Assembly (NCBI GenBank): GCA_964016885.1 | Contig: CAXHJY010000254.1 | Coordinates: forward strand, 137,092 to 201,091 | DNA: 64,000 nt | Direction of reading: 5' to 3' | DNA from: Eledone cirrhosa | Lineage: Eukaryota | In this document: positions 1 through 10,975 of the stretch, in pieces | How positions within the stretch are numbered: the first letter of the stretch is position 1 | How the letters are laid out: each line of letters opens with the position of its first letter | Position numbers and translations under genes: made by a program | Notes under the pieces: model-generated | The model's input: only the letters and a program-made list of their open reading frames with translations | What the model was told of the DNA's origin: nothing | Database searches by the model: none

Positions 1-14
1 CCTATTAACCTAAG

Positions 15-533
<519 letters not shown>

Positions 534-624
534 ATCATCATCATCATCATCATCATCATTTTACGTCCGCTTTTCCCTGCTTGCAAGGGTGGGACGGGTC
601 TTATTCAGCACAGCATCTCCCCAC

Positions 625-627
<3 letters not shown>
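534..627 (-). mobile_element. 5'-truncated 3' end of an RTE-tailed SINE/LINE with an (ATG)n tail
   Basis: (cat)n followed by tttacgtccgcttttccctgcttgcaagggtgggacggg, nearly identical to 14478-14518 (SINE 3' end) and similar to the RTE 3' end at 14300-14370. Confidence 0.8.
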
Positions 628-709
<82 letters not shown>

Positions 710-710
710 G

Positions 711-743
<33 letters not shown>

Positions 744-750
744 GTATATA

Positions 751-904
<154 letters not shown>

Positions 905-940
905 TATATATATGTATATATACATATATATATATATGTA

Positions 941-1250
941 TGGAGAGGTAAATATTCATATTATATTTTTTAATGTATTTTAAAAAATTGATTGAATTTT
1001 ACTTGTTCTGCTTATCTTAATATTAAAGTTCTGGTGTATCAAATTAATACCATTGAACAACCTTGAATCATAGACAACCTATGTATTTCTGGGGGTACCT
1101 AGTATCCCTGGACATATTAACTTCAATCTTTTCTCCGTCCGTTGAGAACAATCCTGTTGCTCTATATAGCTGCTATTTTTTTAGTAGTAATTGTAGACAG
1201 CAAGTCTTTGATTTTCCCGCTTTTACTTCGGTCCAGTTTACATACGGGTC
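941..1250 (+). mobile_element. Truncated PLE-type non-coding tail, same family as 35929-36200
   Basis: Colinear similarity to 35929-36200 (aggtaaatatt...gaattttacttgttctgctta...aatcatagaca...gggggtac), which lies downstream of a partial HHR. Confidence 0.6.
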
Positions 1251-1291
1251 ATGTGTGTGTGTGTGTATCTGTGTATATGTATATGTGTATG

Positions 1292-1374
<83 letters not shown>

Positions 1375-2163
1375 GTGTATATGTATTGTATATGTATGTA
1401 TGTATGTATGTGTGTATGTATGTGTGTGTACATGAATATATATTTATATTTATATATATTTATATATTTTTTATATATGTGTGTGTGTTTTTATGTGTGT
1501 ATATGTGTTTGTGTGTGTGTTTATTGTTGCGCGTAAGTGTGTGAGTGAGTATGTGTTTTTTTGTTTTTTTGTGAATGTGTCTGTTGATTTTTGGCATATA
1601 GTTGATTAGTTTAAGAGAAGTTCGAAGATAATAGTAAGATATGCACTCAGTATTTTGAATCTGTCTGCAGAATTCTCTAGACCTTTGTCACTTAGTAGAA
1701 CCTTAATGACTTTAGCTTTTAAAGAATCTCCCTTTTCTTTAATTCTATCGACCATGACTGACCCCCCCACTGACTTTATAGACATCTGTTAGCTTAAGAG
1801 AAACTTATTGACAAGGAATGGTATGCCATCCGGAACCTGTTTATAGAATTCTGTCTGCCTTTGTTACTCTAAAAACATAAATAAATAAAAATAAAAATAA
1901 AAATAAACTATAGCTTTGTAGAATTAGCTTTTAATGAATTCCCTTTTCTATCAACAGATGACCTGCACCCATCCCACTCCCCACCCTCTCCTACCACTTG
2001 TAGAGACCTATAAATACCATATTTATTTTTTGATACCCAGATTCCTGATGATTTCTAATGAATGAAACAGTTCTAGTCCTGTAGAATCTCTTCTATATTA
2101 AAACTGTTATACTCTGCTATGTATTGAGTACCTTACTTACTGTGGTTACCTCCGATTCAACCC
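1251..2163 (+). mobile_element. Heterologous pseudo-LTR (pLTR) fused to the first Naiad-A copy
   Basis: TG/TA microsatellite, unique AT-rich sequence, a TATA-like box and an HHR. It occupies the same position relative to the ORF as 4631-5741 does for copy 2 but is different in sequence. Confidence 0.7.
2039..2089 (+). ncRNA. Type I hammerhead ribozyme (compact)
   Basis: AGAUUC-CUGAUGA-U UUC(UAAU)GAA U-GAA-ACAG(UUCUAGUC)CUGU-A-GAAUCU. Stem I is 6 bp, the core is intact, and the predicted cleavage is GUA after 2083. Confidence 0.88.
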
Positions 2164-2308
2164 GGAACTACAACTGGAACCGTCGAGCAAACTCTACGTG
2201 AGCTGATAATCTACTGTGTGTAATATTTATATTACAACACAACGGAAAATACTGTATATTTACCTCCTGTAAAGTCGAGCAACCCACACAGCAAACGCAA
2301 CCACAACA

Positions 2309-4630
2309 ATGGAAAAACACTACCTGGATATGTCACTCAAAAACATACCAATCCAAGGTAGAAAGGAATATTTATTGAGTATGATTAAAAAAACTAATGA
2401 ATTCATTCGACGTGTCAGGTGGAAAACGCTCCACTATGATAGAAGCCGTATGAACTCAACATTAGAAAGTGGTGTAAACAACAAATTCGGTTTTAGGACT
2501 TGTAAAAACCCACCCACCAACCCACTATTAGATGCATTTGAGCAGGACCTTATGAACTTAATCCTTAAAATTAAATTCAAAGGACGCAACACCAACAGCA
2601 AATTACAGAAAGATATAAAAAAACTACTGGACGACCTTAAAAACACCAAAGGAATTGTAGTAAAAGCGGACAAAACATCAAACCTGTACACTATGGATTG
2701 CACTACATACAACAACTTCATTCGAAAAGAATTACATAAAAAATATAGAAAAACGAGTGAAGTAACCCTTAAGCACATCAATGATGAGGCATGCGAAATA
2801 GTGAAAAATCTCGGAATCGAAGATAGGACAGGACCACTCTTACCGGCGGTACCCACCTTCAATCTTAAGGACCACAAGGTAAACTTTGATAATGACCCTA
2901 AAATTAGATTAATCTGCCCCTCTAAATCAGATATAGGTAAAATAAGCAAATATATCTTAGATAGAATCATCCCCCAAATTAAGGCTAAGGTTAACATTAA
3001 ACTCTGGGGGAAGACCCAAGAAGCAATAAGATGGTTTAATAGCATTAGCAATAAGAATAAATCTAAGTTTATCCAGTTTGATATCGATGAATATTACTCA
3101 TCGATATCACCTGAAACTTTGAATAGAGCCATTAAGTTTGCTAAGGATAACTCTGACCTTACAAACGATGAAATTAAGATTATATTAGAAGCTAGGAAAA
3201 CTATAGTCAAATTTGAGAACAGTTATTGGGTACGTAAAGATAGACCCTCTAACTTTGACATAACAATGGGCTCTAACGATTCGGCGGAAATAACTGATAT
3301 TGTGGGGTTATTTATCGCCTTTAGACTCCAGGAAAAATTCAGCAATCTCCACGGCGGAATATACCGCGACGATGTTCTCCTCCTAGCTAAAAACCTTAAT
3401 AACCAAAAACTAGAAAAACTACGCAAAGATATAAGAAAACTACTACTCGAAATAGGACTAACTATAACATATGAATACAACCTTAAAGTAGTTAACTTCC
3501 TGGATGTCACACTCAATTTAAACTCTGGTTTGATTAAACCGTTTCATAAATTGAATGAAAATCTCAAATACATAAATGTTGGGTCTAACCACCCCATCTC
3601 TATAATTAAATCTATCCCTAAAAATATTTCCCTTAGAATCTCGGGTCTATCTTCTAACATACAAGTATTTAAGGAACACGCCGAGTACTACGATAACGCC
3701 CTTAGTAAAGCAGGCTACCTCAACAAAATAGAGTACATAGATGGGAACAATCAAAACACCCAAAATAAATCCCACATAGGTAGATATAATAACACAACAC
3801 CAAACCACACTTACTACCATAGTATGCACACCAGTAAACCAACAAACAAAACTAATAGAAAGCGATGCAAAGAGTACTTATGGTATAACCCCGAATACAA
3901 TAGTTCCATTAGTACAAATTTACCAGTACTCTTCTTTAAAATAATTAAAAGACATTTTCCCACATCACACAAATACCACAAAATCCTAAACCCTACCACT
4001 ATAAGACTGTCATACTCTACAGCGTTAAACCTTGAACAACACATAAAAAAGATCAATACTAGAAGGTTAAACGAAAACACTAAGAACTTAAGTACAAAGA
4101 ACACAAAAAAAACAGTAAACAATACACTACAGAACATAAATAAACCACACCTAAGTTCGTCCGCAATACTACTCCAGAGAAAACCCAACGTACACAACTG
4201 TAACTGCACCTATCCTGACAACTGCCCCCTCGGCAATAACTGCCTGGAAAAAAATATTATTTATAAGTGTACCATTAAATCCGGAGGCAACGAGTGGTAT
4301 TACGTGGGATCAACGGCAACATCGTTTAAATCTCGATTGTATAGGCATTCTTACTCAATAAAACACCAGAGCCAAAGAAATGTAACAACTTTAGCAGAAA
4401 AAGCTTGGACGGTCAGGGATAGCGATCAAAAGTTTACCCTAAAATGGGAAAAATTAGCTAAAACCCAAAGCTTTTCCAGGAGCCAAAATTTCTGCAAATT
4501 GTGTAATCTTGAGATTTATTACATAATCACACACAAGAAGAAACTGCTGAATAACAGAATTGAACGAACATTATTCTGCCGTCACAGAACTAAAACCCTT
4601 TTTTCCCACTACAAGCCGAATATTACATAA
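2309..4630 (+). CDS. PLE polyprotein: reverse transcriptase plus C-terminal GIY-YIG endonuclease (Naiad-like), 773 aa
   Basis: ADKT, KDHK, IRLI, QFDIDEYYSSI, ITMGS, YRDD, VNFLDVTL, NHP and WYNP motifs, a CNC-x4-CPL-x3-C linker, IIYKC...YVGST...FKSRLYRH, and CKLCNLE. Confidence 0.93.
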   Translation: MEKHYLDMSLKNIPIQGRKEYLLSMIKKTNEFIRRVRWKTLHYDRSRMNSTLESGVNNKFGFRTCKNPPTNPLLDAFEQDLMNLILKIKFKGRNTNSKLQKDIKKLLDDLKNTKGIVVKADKTSNLYTMDCTTYNNFIRKELHKKYRKTSEVTLKHINDEACEIVKNLGIEDRTGPLLPAVPTFNLKDHKVNFDNDPKIRLICPSKSDIGKISKYILDRIIPQIKAKVNIKLWGKTQEAIRWFNSISNKNKSKFIQFDIDEYYSSISPETLNRAIKFAKDNSDLTNDEIKIILEARKTIVKFENSYWVRKDRPSNFDITMGSNDSAEITDIVGLFIAFRLQEKFSNLHGGIYRDDVLLLAKNLNNQKLEKLRKDIRKLLLEIGLTITYEYNLKVVNFLDVTLNLNSGLIKPFHKLNENLKYINVGSNHPISIIKSIPKNISLRISGLSSNIQVFKEHAEYYDNALSKAGYLNKIEYIDGNNQNTQNKSHIGRYNNTTPNHTYYHSMHTSKPTNKTNRKRCKEYLWYNPEYNSSISTNLPVLFFKIIKRHFPTSHKYHKILNPTTIRLSYSTALNLEQHIKKINTRRLNENTKNLSTKNTKKTVNNTLQNINKPHLSSSAILLQRKPNVHNCNCTYPDNCPLGNNCLEKNIIYKCTIKSGGNEWYYVGSTATSFKSRLYRHSYSIKHQSQRNVTTLAEKAWTVRDSDQKFTLKWEKLAKTQSFSRSQNFCKLCNLEIYYIITHKKKLLNNRIERTLFCRHRTKTLFSHYKPNIT

Positions 4631-4897
4631 AAGAGGGACATCCCCCAACTATATAAACCTTAATCTAGTTAGAAAAATATAAAAACAATCTCTTCTCAAC
4701 ATATATTAATAACCTTAAATTACCACACTAATAATGGAAAGATATGCTGATGAGAATAGGTACAAATATGCGATAATGAATGTGTCTAAAAACGTCCATA
4801 AGTATGTATATATATGTAAAAATGTATATAAATAAGTAAATATATATATATGTTTGATGTGTATAGTTAGATGTAAGTGTATTCATGTATTAAAGTG

Positions 4898-5006
<109 letters not shown>

Positions 5007-5562
5007 ATATGTGTATATGGATGTGTATGTATGTGTATGTGTGTACACATGGACTAGAGTATGTATGTATATATGTGTGTGTCTATACGTGTGTATATAA
5101 AGATAAGTTGAGTATGAAAATGTATACACATGAGCGCGTATGTATGTACATGAATACATGTGTGTATATATATGTGTATGCATGTGTATATATATGTAAG
5201 TATGAATATGTGAATTGTGAGTATATGTATTTTGTAGAGGTGTGCAAATATATTTGTTTGTGAATGCGTGGGTGAAAGGATACGTACACTTGAAAGAAAA
5301 ATTTAAGTCTGAATGTTAATTAAGTGCAAACACAAAACCAACCACGCATATCTTTACTATCTCTAATCCTTCTATAGATTTAGGAAAATAACCAATAATA
5401 TATTCTATAAAAAATGTCAAAACAACAGATGGGAATCTAATTACTCACTGCCACCAAGAATTCTCACTGCTATCGAAAAACCACTCCTTCAACTATTCTT
5501 CTAACAACTTCACCCCTCCCTCCTAATATTCTCTATAAAAACTAAATAGGTCCTCAGTAATA

Positions 5563-5682
5563 TTATTCTGATGAAATGACAGTAAATAATAACATTGAAA
5601 TATTGAATGTCTGCATAACTAAAAGTTTGTAGATAGCAGCTGTTTTAGGTTATGTAACTGTTATAGAAACACGTGTCAATAA
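5563..5682 (+). ncRNA. Type I hammerhead ribozyme with ~91-nt expanded stem II (Naiad-A pLTR)
   Basis: UUAUU-CUGAUGA-A AUGACAGU...ACUGUUAU A-GAA-AC(ACGU)GU-C-AAUAA. The stem III region ACACGUGU is palindromic. GUC cleavage after 5677. Confidence 0.85.
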
Positions 5683-5886
5683 ATTCCTTTCAACTAAACT
5701 GTATCCATTCAAATCTTTCTACTTTTCTCCGGATTACTTTTGGAACTACAACTGGAACCGTCGAGCAAACTCTACGTGAGCTGATAATCTACTGTGTGTA
5801 ATATTTATATTACAACACAACGGAAAATACTGTATATTTACCTCCTGTAAAGTCGAGCAACCCACACAGCAAACGCAACCACAACA

Positions 5887-8208
5887 ATGGAAAAACACTA
5901 CCTGGATATGTCACTCAAAAACATACCAATCCAAGGTAGAAAGGAATATTTATTGAGTATGATTAAAAAAACTAATGAATTCATTCGACGTGTCAGGTGG
6001 AAAACGCTCCACTATGATAGAAGCCGTATGAACTCAACATTAGAAAGTGGTGTAAACAACAAATTCGGTTTTAGGACTTGTAAAAACCCACCCACCAACC
6101 CACTATTAGATGCATTTGAGCAGGACCTTATGAACTTAATCCTTAAAATTAAATTCAAAGGACGCAACACCAACAGCAAATTACAGAAAGATATAAAAAA
6201 ACTACTGGACGACCTTAAAAACACCAAAGGAATTGTAGTAAAAGCGGACAAAACATCAAACCTGTACACTATGGATTGCACTACATACAACAACTTCATT
6301 CGAAAAGAATTACATAAAAAATATAGAAAAACGAGTGAAGTAACCCTTAAGCACATCAATGATGAGGCATGCGAAATAGTGAAAAATCTCGGAATCGAAG
6401 ATAGGACAGGACCACTCTTACCGGCGGTACCCACCTTCAATCTTAAGGACCACAAGGTAAACTTTGATAATGACCCTAAAATTAGATTAATCTGCCCCTC
6501 TAAATCAGATATAGGTAAAATAAGCAAATATATCTTAGATAGAATCATCCCCCAAATTAAGGCTAAGGTTAACATTAAACTCTGGGGGAAGACCCAAGAA
6601 GCAATAAGATGGTTTAATAGCATTAGCAATAAGAATAAATCTAAGTTTATCCAGTTTGATATCGATGAATATTACTCATCGATATCACCTGAAACTTTGA
6701 ATAGAGCCATTAAGTTTGCTAAGGATAACTCTGACCTTACAAACGATGAAATTAAGATTATATTAGAAGCTAGGAAAACTATAGTCAAATTTGAGAACAG
6801 TTATTGGGTACGTAAAGATAGACCCTCTAACTTTGACATAACAATGGGCTCTAACGATTCGGCGGAAATAACTGATATTGTGGGGTTATTTATCGCCTTT
6901 AGACTCCAGGAAAAATTCAGCAATCTCCACGGCGGAATATACCGCGACGATGTTCTCCTCCTAGCTAAAAACCTTAATAACCAAAAACTAGAAAAACTAC
7001 GCAAAGATATAAGAAAACTACTACTCGAAATAGGACTAACTATAACATATGAATACAACCTTAAAGTAGTTAACTTCCTGGATGTCACACTCAATTTAAA
7101 CTCTGGTTTGATTAAACCGTTTCATAAATTGAATGAAAATCTCAAATACATAAATGTTGGGTCTAACCACCCCATCTCTATAATTAAATCTATCCCTAAA
7201 AATATTTCCCTTAGAATCTCGGGTCTATCTTCTAACATACAAGTATTTAAGGAACACGCCGAGTACTACGATAACGCCCTTAGTAAAGCAGGCTACCTCA
7301 ACAAAATAGAGTACATAGATGGGAACAATCAAAACACCCAAAATAAATCCCACATAGGTAGATATAATAACACAACACCAAACCACACTTACTACCATAG
7401 TATGCACACCAGTAAACCAACAAACAAAACTAATAGAAAGCGATGCAAAGAGTACTTATGGTATAACCCCGAATACAATAGTTCCATTAGTACAAATTTA
7501 CCAGTACTCTTCTTTAAAATAATTAAAAGACATTTTCCCACATCACACAAATACCACAAAATCCTAAACCCTACCACTATAAGACTGTCATACTCTACAG
7601 CGTTAAACCTTGAACAACACATAAAAAAGATCAATACTAGAAGGTTAAACGAAAACACTAAGAACTTAAGTACAAAGAACACAAAAAAAACAGTAAACAA
7701 TACACTACAGAACATAAATAAACCACACCTAAGTTCGTCCGCAATACTACTCCAGAGAAAACCCAACGTACACAACTGTAACTGCACCTATCCTGACAAC
7801 TGCCCCCTCGGCAATAACTGCCTGGAAAAAAATATTATTTATAAGTGTACCATTAAATCCGGAGGCAACGAGTGGTATTACGTGGGATCAACGGCAACAT
7901 CGTTTAAATCTCGATTGTATAGGCATTCTTACTCAATAAAACACCAGAGCCAAAGAAATGTAACAACTTTAGCAGAAAAAGCTTGGACGGTCAGGGATAG
8001 CGATCAAAAGTTTACCCTAAAATGGGAAAAATTAGCTAAAACCCAAAGCTTTTCCAGGAGCCAAAATTTCTGCAAATTGTGTAATCTTGAGATTTATTAC
8101 ATAATCACACACAAGAAGAAACTGCTGAATAACAGAATTGAACGAACATTATTCTGCCGTCACAGAACTAAAACCCTTTTTTCCCACTACAAGCCGAATA
8201 TTACATAA
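5887..8208 (+). CDS. PLE polyprotein RT plus GIY-YIG (Naiad-like), second identical copy
   Basis: Protein identical to 2309-4630 in the ORF track. Confidence 0.93.
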   Translation: MEKHYLDMSLKNIPIQGRKEYLLSMIKKTNEFIRRVRWKTLHYDRSRMNSTLESGVNNKFGFRTCKNPPTNPLLDAFEQDLMNLILKIKFKGRNTNSKLQKDIKKLLDDLKNTKGIVVKADKTSNLYTMDCTTYNNFIRKELHKKYRKTSEVTLKHINDEACEIVKNLGIEDRTGPLLPAVPTFNLKDHKVNFDNDPKIRLICPSKSDIGKISKYILDRIIPQIKAKVNIKLWGKTQEAIRWFNSISNKNKSKFIQFDIDEYYSSISPETLNRAIKFAKDNSDLTNDEIKIILEARKTIVKFENSYWVRKDRPSNFDITMGSNDSAEITDIVGLFIAFRLQEKFSNLHGGIYRDDVLLLAKNLNNQKLEKLRKDIRKLLLEIGLTITYEYNLKVVNFLDVTLNLNSGLIKPFHKLNENLKYINVGSNHPISIIKSIPKNISLRISGLSSNIQVFKEHAEYYDNALSKAGYLNKIEYIDGNNQNTQNKSHIGRYNNTTPNHTYYHSMHTSKPTNKTNRKRCKEYLWYNPEYNSSISTNLPVLFFKIIKRHFPTSHKYHKILNPTTIRLSYSTALNLEQHIKKINTRRLNENTKNLSTKNTKKTVNNTLQNINKPHLSSSAILLQRKPNVHNCNCTYPDNCPLGNNCLEKNIIYKCTIKSGGNEWYYVGSTATSFKSRLYRHSYSIKHQSQRNVTTLAEKAWTVRDSDQKFTLKWEKLAKTQSFSRSQNFCKLCNLEIYYIITHKKKLLNNRIERTLFCRHRTKTLFSHYKPNIT

Positions 8209-8475
8209 AAGAGGGACATCCCCCAACTATATAAACCTTAATCTAGTTAGAAAAATATAAAAACAATCTCTTCTCAACATATATTAATAACCTTAAATTA
8301 CCACACTAATAATGGAAAGATATGCTGATGAGAATAGGTACAAATATGCGATAATGAATGTGTCTAAAAACGTCCATAAGTATGTATATATATGTAAAAA
8401 TGTATATAAATAAGTAAATATATATATATGTTTGATGTGTATAGTTAGATGTAAGTGTATTCATGTATTAAAGTG

Positions 8476-8566
<91 letters not shown>

Positions 8567-9122
8567 ATATGTGTATATGGATGTGTATGTATGTGTATGT
8601 GTGTACACATGGACTAGAGTATGTATGTATATATGTGTGTGTCTATACGTGTGTATATAAAGATAAGTTGAGTATGAAAATGTATACACATGAGCGCGTA
8701 TGTATGTACATGAATACATGTGTGTATATATATGTGTATGCATGTGTATATATATGTAAGTATGAATATGTGAATTGTGAGTATATGTATTTTGTAGAGG
8801 TGTGCAAATATATTTGTTTGTGAATGCGTGGGTGAAAGGATACGTACACTTGAAAGAAAAATTTAAGTCTGAATGTTAATTAAGTGCAAACACAAAACCA
8901 ACCACGCATATCTTTACTATCTCTAATCCTTCTATAGATTTAGAAAAATAACCAATAATATATTCTATAAAAAATGTCAAAACAACAGATGGGAATCTAA
9001 TTACTCACTGCCACCAAGAATTCTCACTGCTATCGAAAAACCACTCCTTCAACTATTCTTCTAACAACTTCACCCCTCCCTCCTAATATTCTCTATAAAA
9101 ACTAAATAGGTCCTCAGTAATA

Positions 9123-9242
9123 TTATTCTGATGAAATGACAGTAAATAATAACATTGAAATATTGAATGTCTGCATAACTAAAAGTTTGTAGATAGCAGC
9201 TGTTTTAGGTTATGTAACTGTTATAGAAACACGTATCAATAA
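9123..9242 (+). ncRNA. Hammerhead ribozyme copy in the terminal Naiad-A pLTR with a G>A change in stem III
   Basis: Same as 5563-5682 except acgtAtc instead of acgtGtc at 9235. Confidence 0.78.
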
Positions 9243-9276
9243 ATTCCTTTCAACTAAACTGTATCCATTCAAACCT

Positions 9277-9891
<615 letters not shown>

Positions 9892-10764
9892 CTAGCATTA
9901 AAGCCCGGCGTTGCTCGGAGTCATTAAGTTACCAAAGTTAGGTTGCACCACCCATTTTATGGCAGCACTTTTTTGTCTGCCAGGCACTGGGTGATGAATT
10001 GCAGACCTGGAAGCATGAGCTGCGCCAGCAGTGACAATTGTAGTTTCGCCTATGGATATTATCTCTGTGCAAAAAAGTGTTGAAAGTTATTGTTTCACAG
10101 TACTTGCGCAACACGCATGTAGACGATGCCAGCCGAACAACAGAGCTGTGATGGAGTTGTTCTGCATGGTTGTCTGTGTGTTTTCTAAATTTAAGACAGT
10201 AGGGAGGGTTGTGATATGAGGGAGAGTTAGCTGTTGTTTCTAGCAGGTTTAGTGACCTCATAGAGGATATATGTTTTCTAAATTTAAGACAGTAGGGAGT
10301 GGTGTGATATGGGGGAGAGTTAGCTGCTGTTTCTAGCAGGTTTAGTGACCTCATAGAAGATATGTTTTCTAAATTTAAGACAGTAGGGAGGGGTGTGATA
10401 TGGGGGAGAGTTAGCTGCTGTTTCTAGCAGGTTTAATAACCTCATAGAGGATATGTGTTTTCTAAATTTAAGACAGTTGGGAGTGTGAACGGACAGTATC
10501 ACCATCAAGCTTGGAAAGAGAAAGTAGCAGGAAGTATGAAGTTGTATAGATTTTGAATGGTAGTAAAAAGAGTTCAGCAGTTTAAATGAGAGAGTCAAAT
10601 CGTAAAATATTGAGTTTTATCTATTTTTTGCGTAATTGTGGGTGAAATTGAAAAAATTATCGAAACTATTTCGAATACTGAATTGTAAATTTCAATTGCA
10701 GAAATTCTATATCGTAGATTTCTATAACGAAGGAGCATGACCACACACTGAGCTTTATAGATTA

Positions 10765-10767
<3 letters not shown>
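9892..10767 (-). mobile_element. Non-autonomous Helitron
   Basis: The minus strand starts TC (TCATAATCTATAAAGC) and ends with an imperfect GC hairpin CCGAGCAACGCCGGG followed by ...TGCTAG. It is inserted between A and T with no TSD. Confidence 0.78.
10177..10480. repeat. Internal minisatellite of the Helitron, ~92-bp unit x ~3.3
   Basis: ttttctaaatttaagacagt recurs at 10181, 10274, 10365 and 10458. Confidence 0.9.
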
Positions 10768-10815
<48 letters not shown>

Positions 10816-10842
10816 CATATATATATACATATATATATATAC

Positions 10843-10895
<53 letters not shown>

Positions 10896-10975
10896 CATAT
10901 ATATACATATATATACATATATATATACATATATATATATACATATATATATACATATATATATATACATATATA

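Noticed and set aside
2434-4209. Antisense ORFs over the PLE and LINE ORFs (also 6012-7787, 48598-49155, 56548-56935)
   Set aside because: Shadow frames caused by codon bias, with no motifs.
4737-4765. CTGATGA in the Naiad-A 3' UTR (also at ~8326)
   Set aside because: No stem II/GAAA or stem I/III pairing could be built.
9938-10354. Cys-rich ORF in the Helitron as a Rep zinc-finger remnant
   Set aside because: Half of it is the tandem repeat, and the resemblance is too weak to support without a search.
10177-10480. CRISPR-like array
   Set aside because: Contiguous tandem units without unique spacers, in a eukaryotic context with no cas genes.
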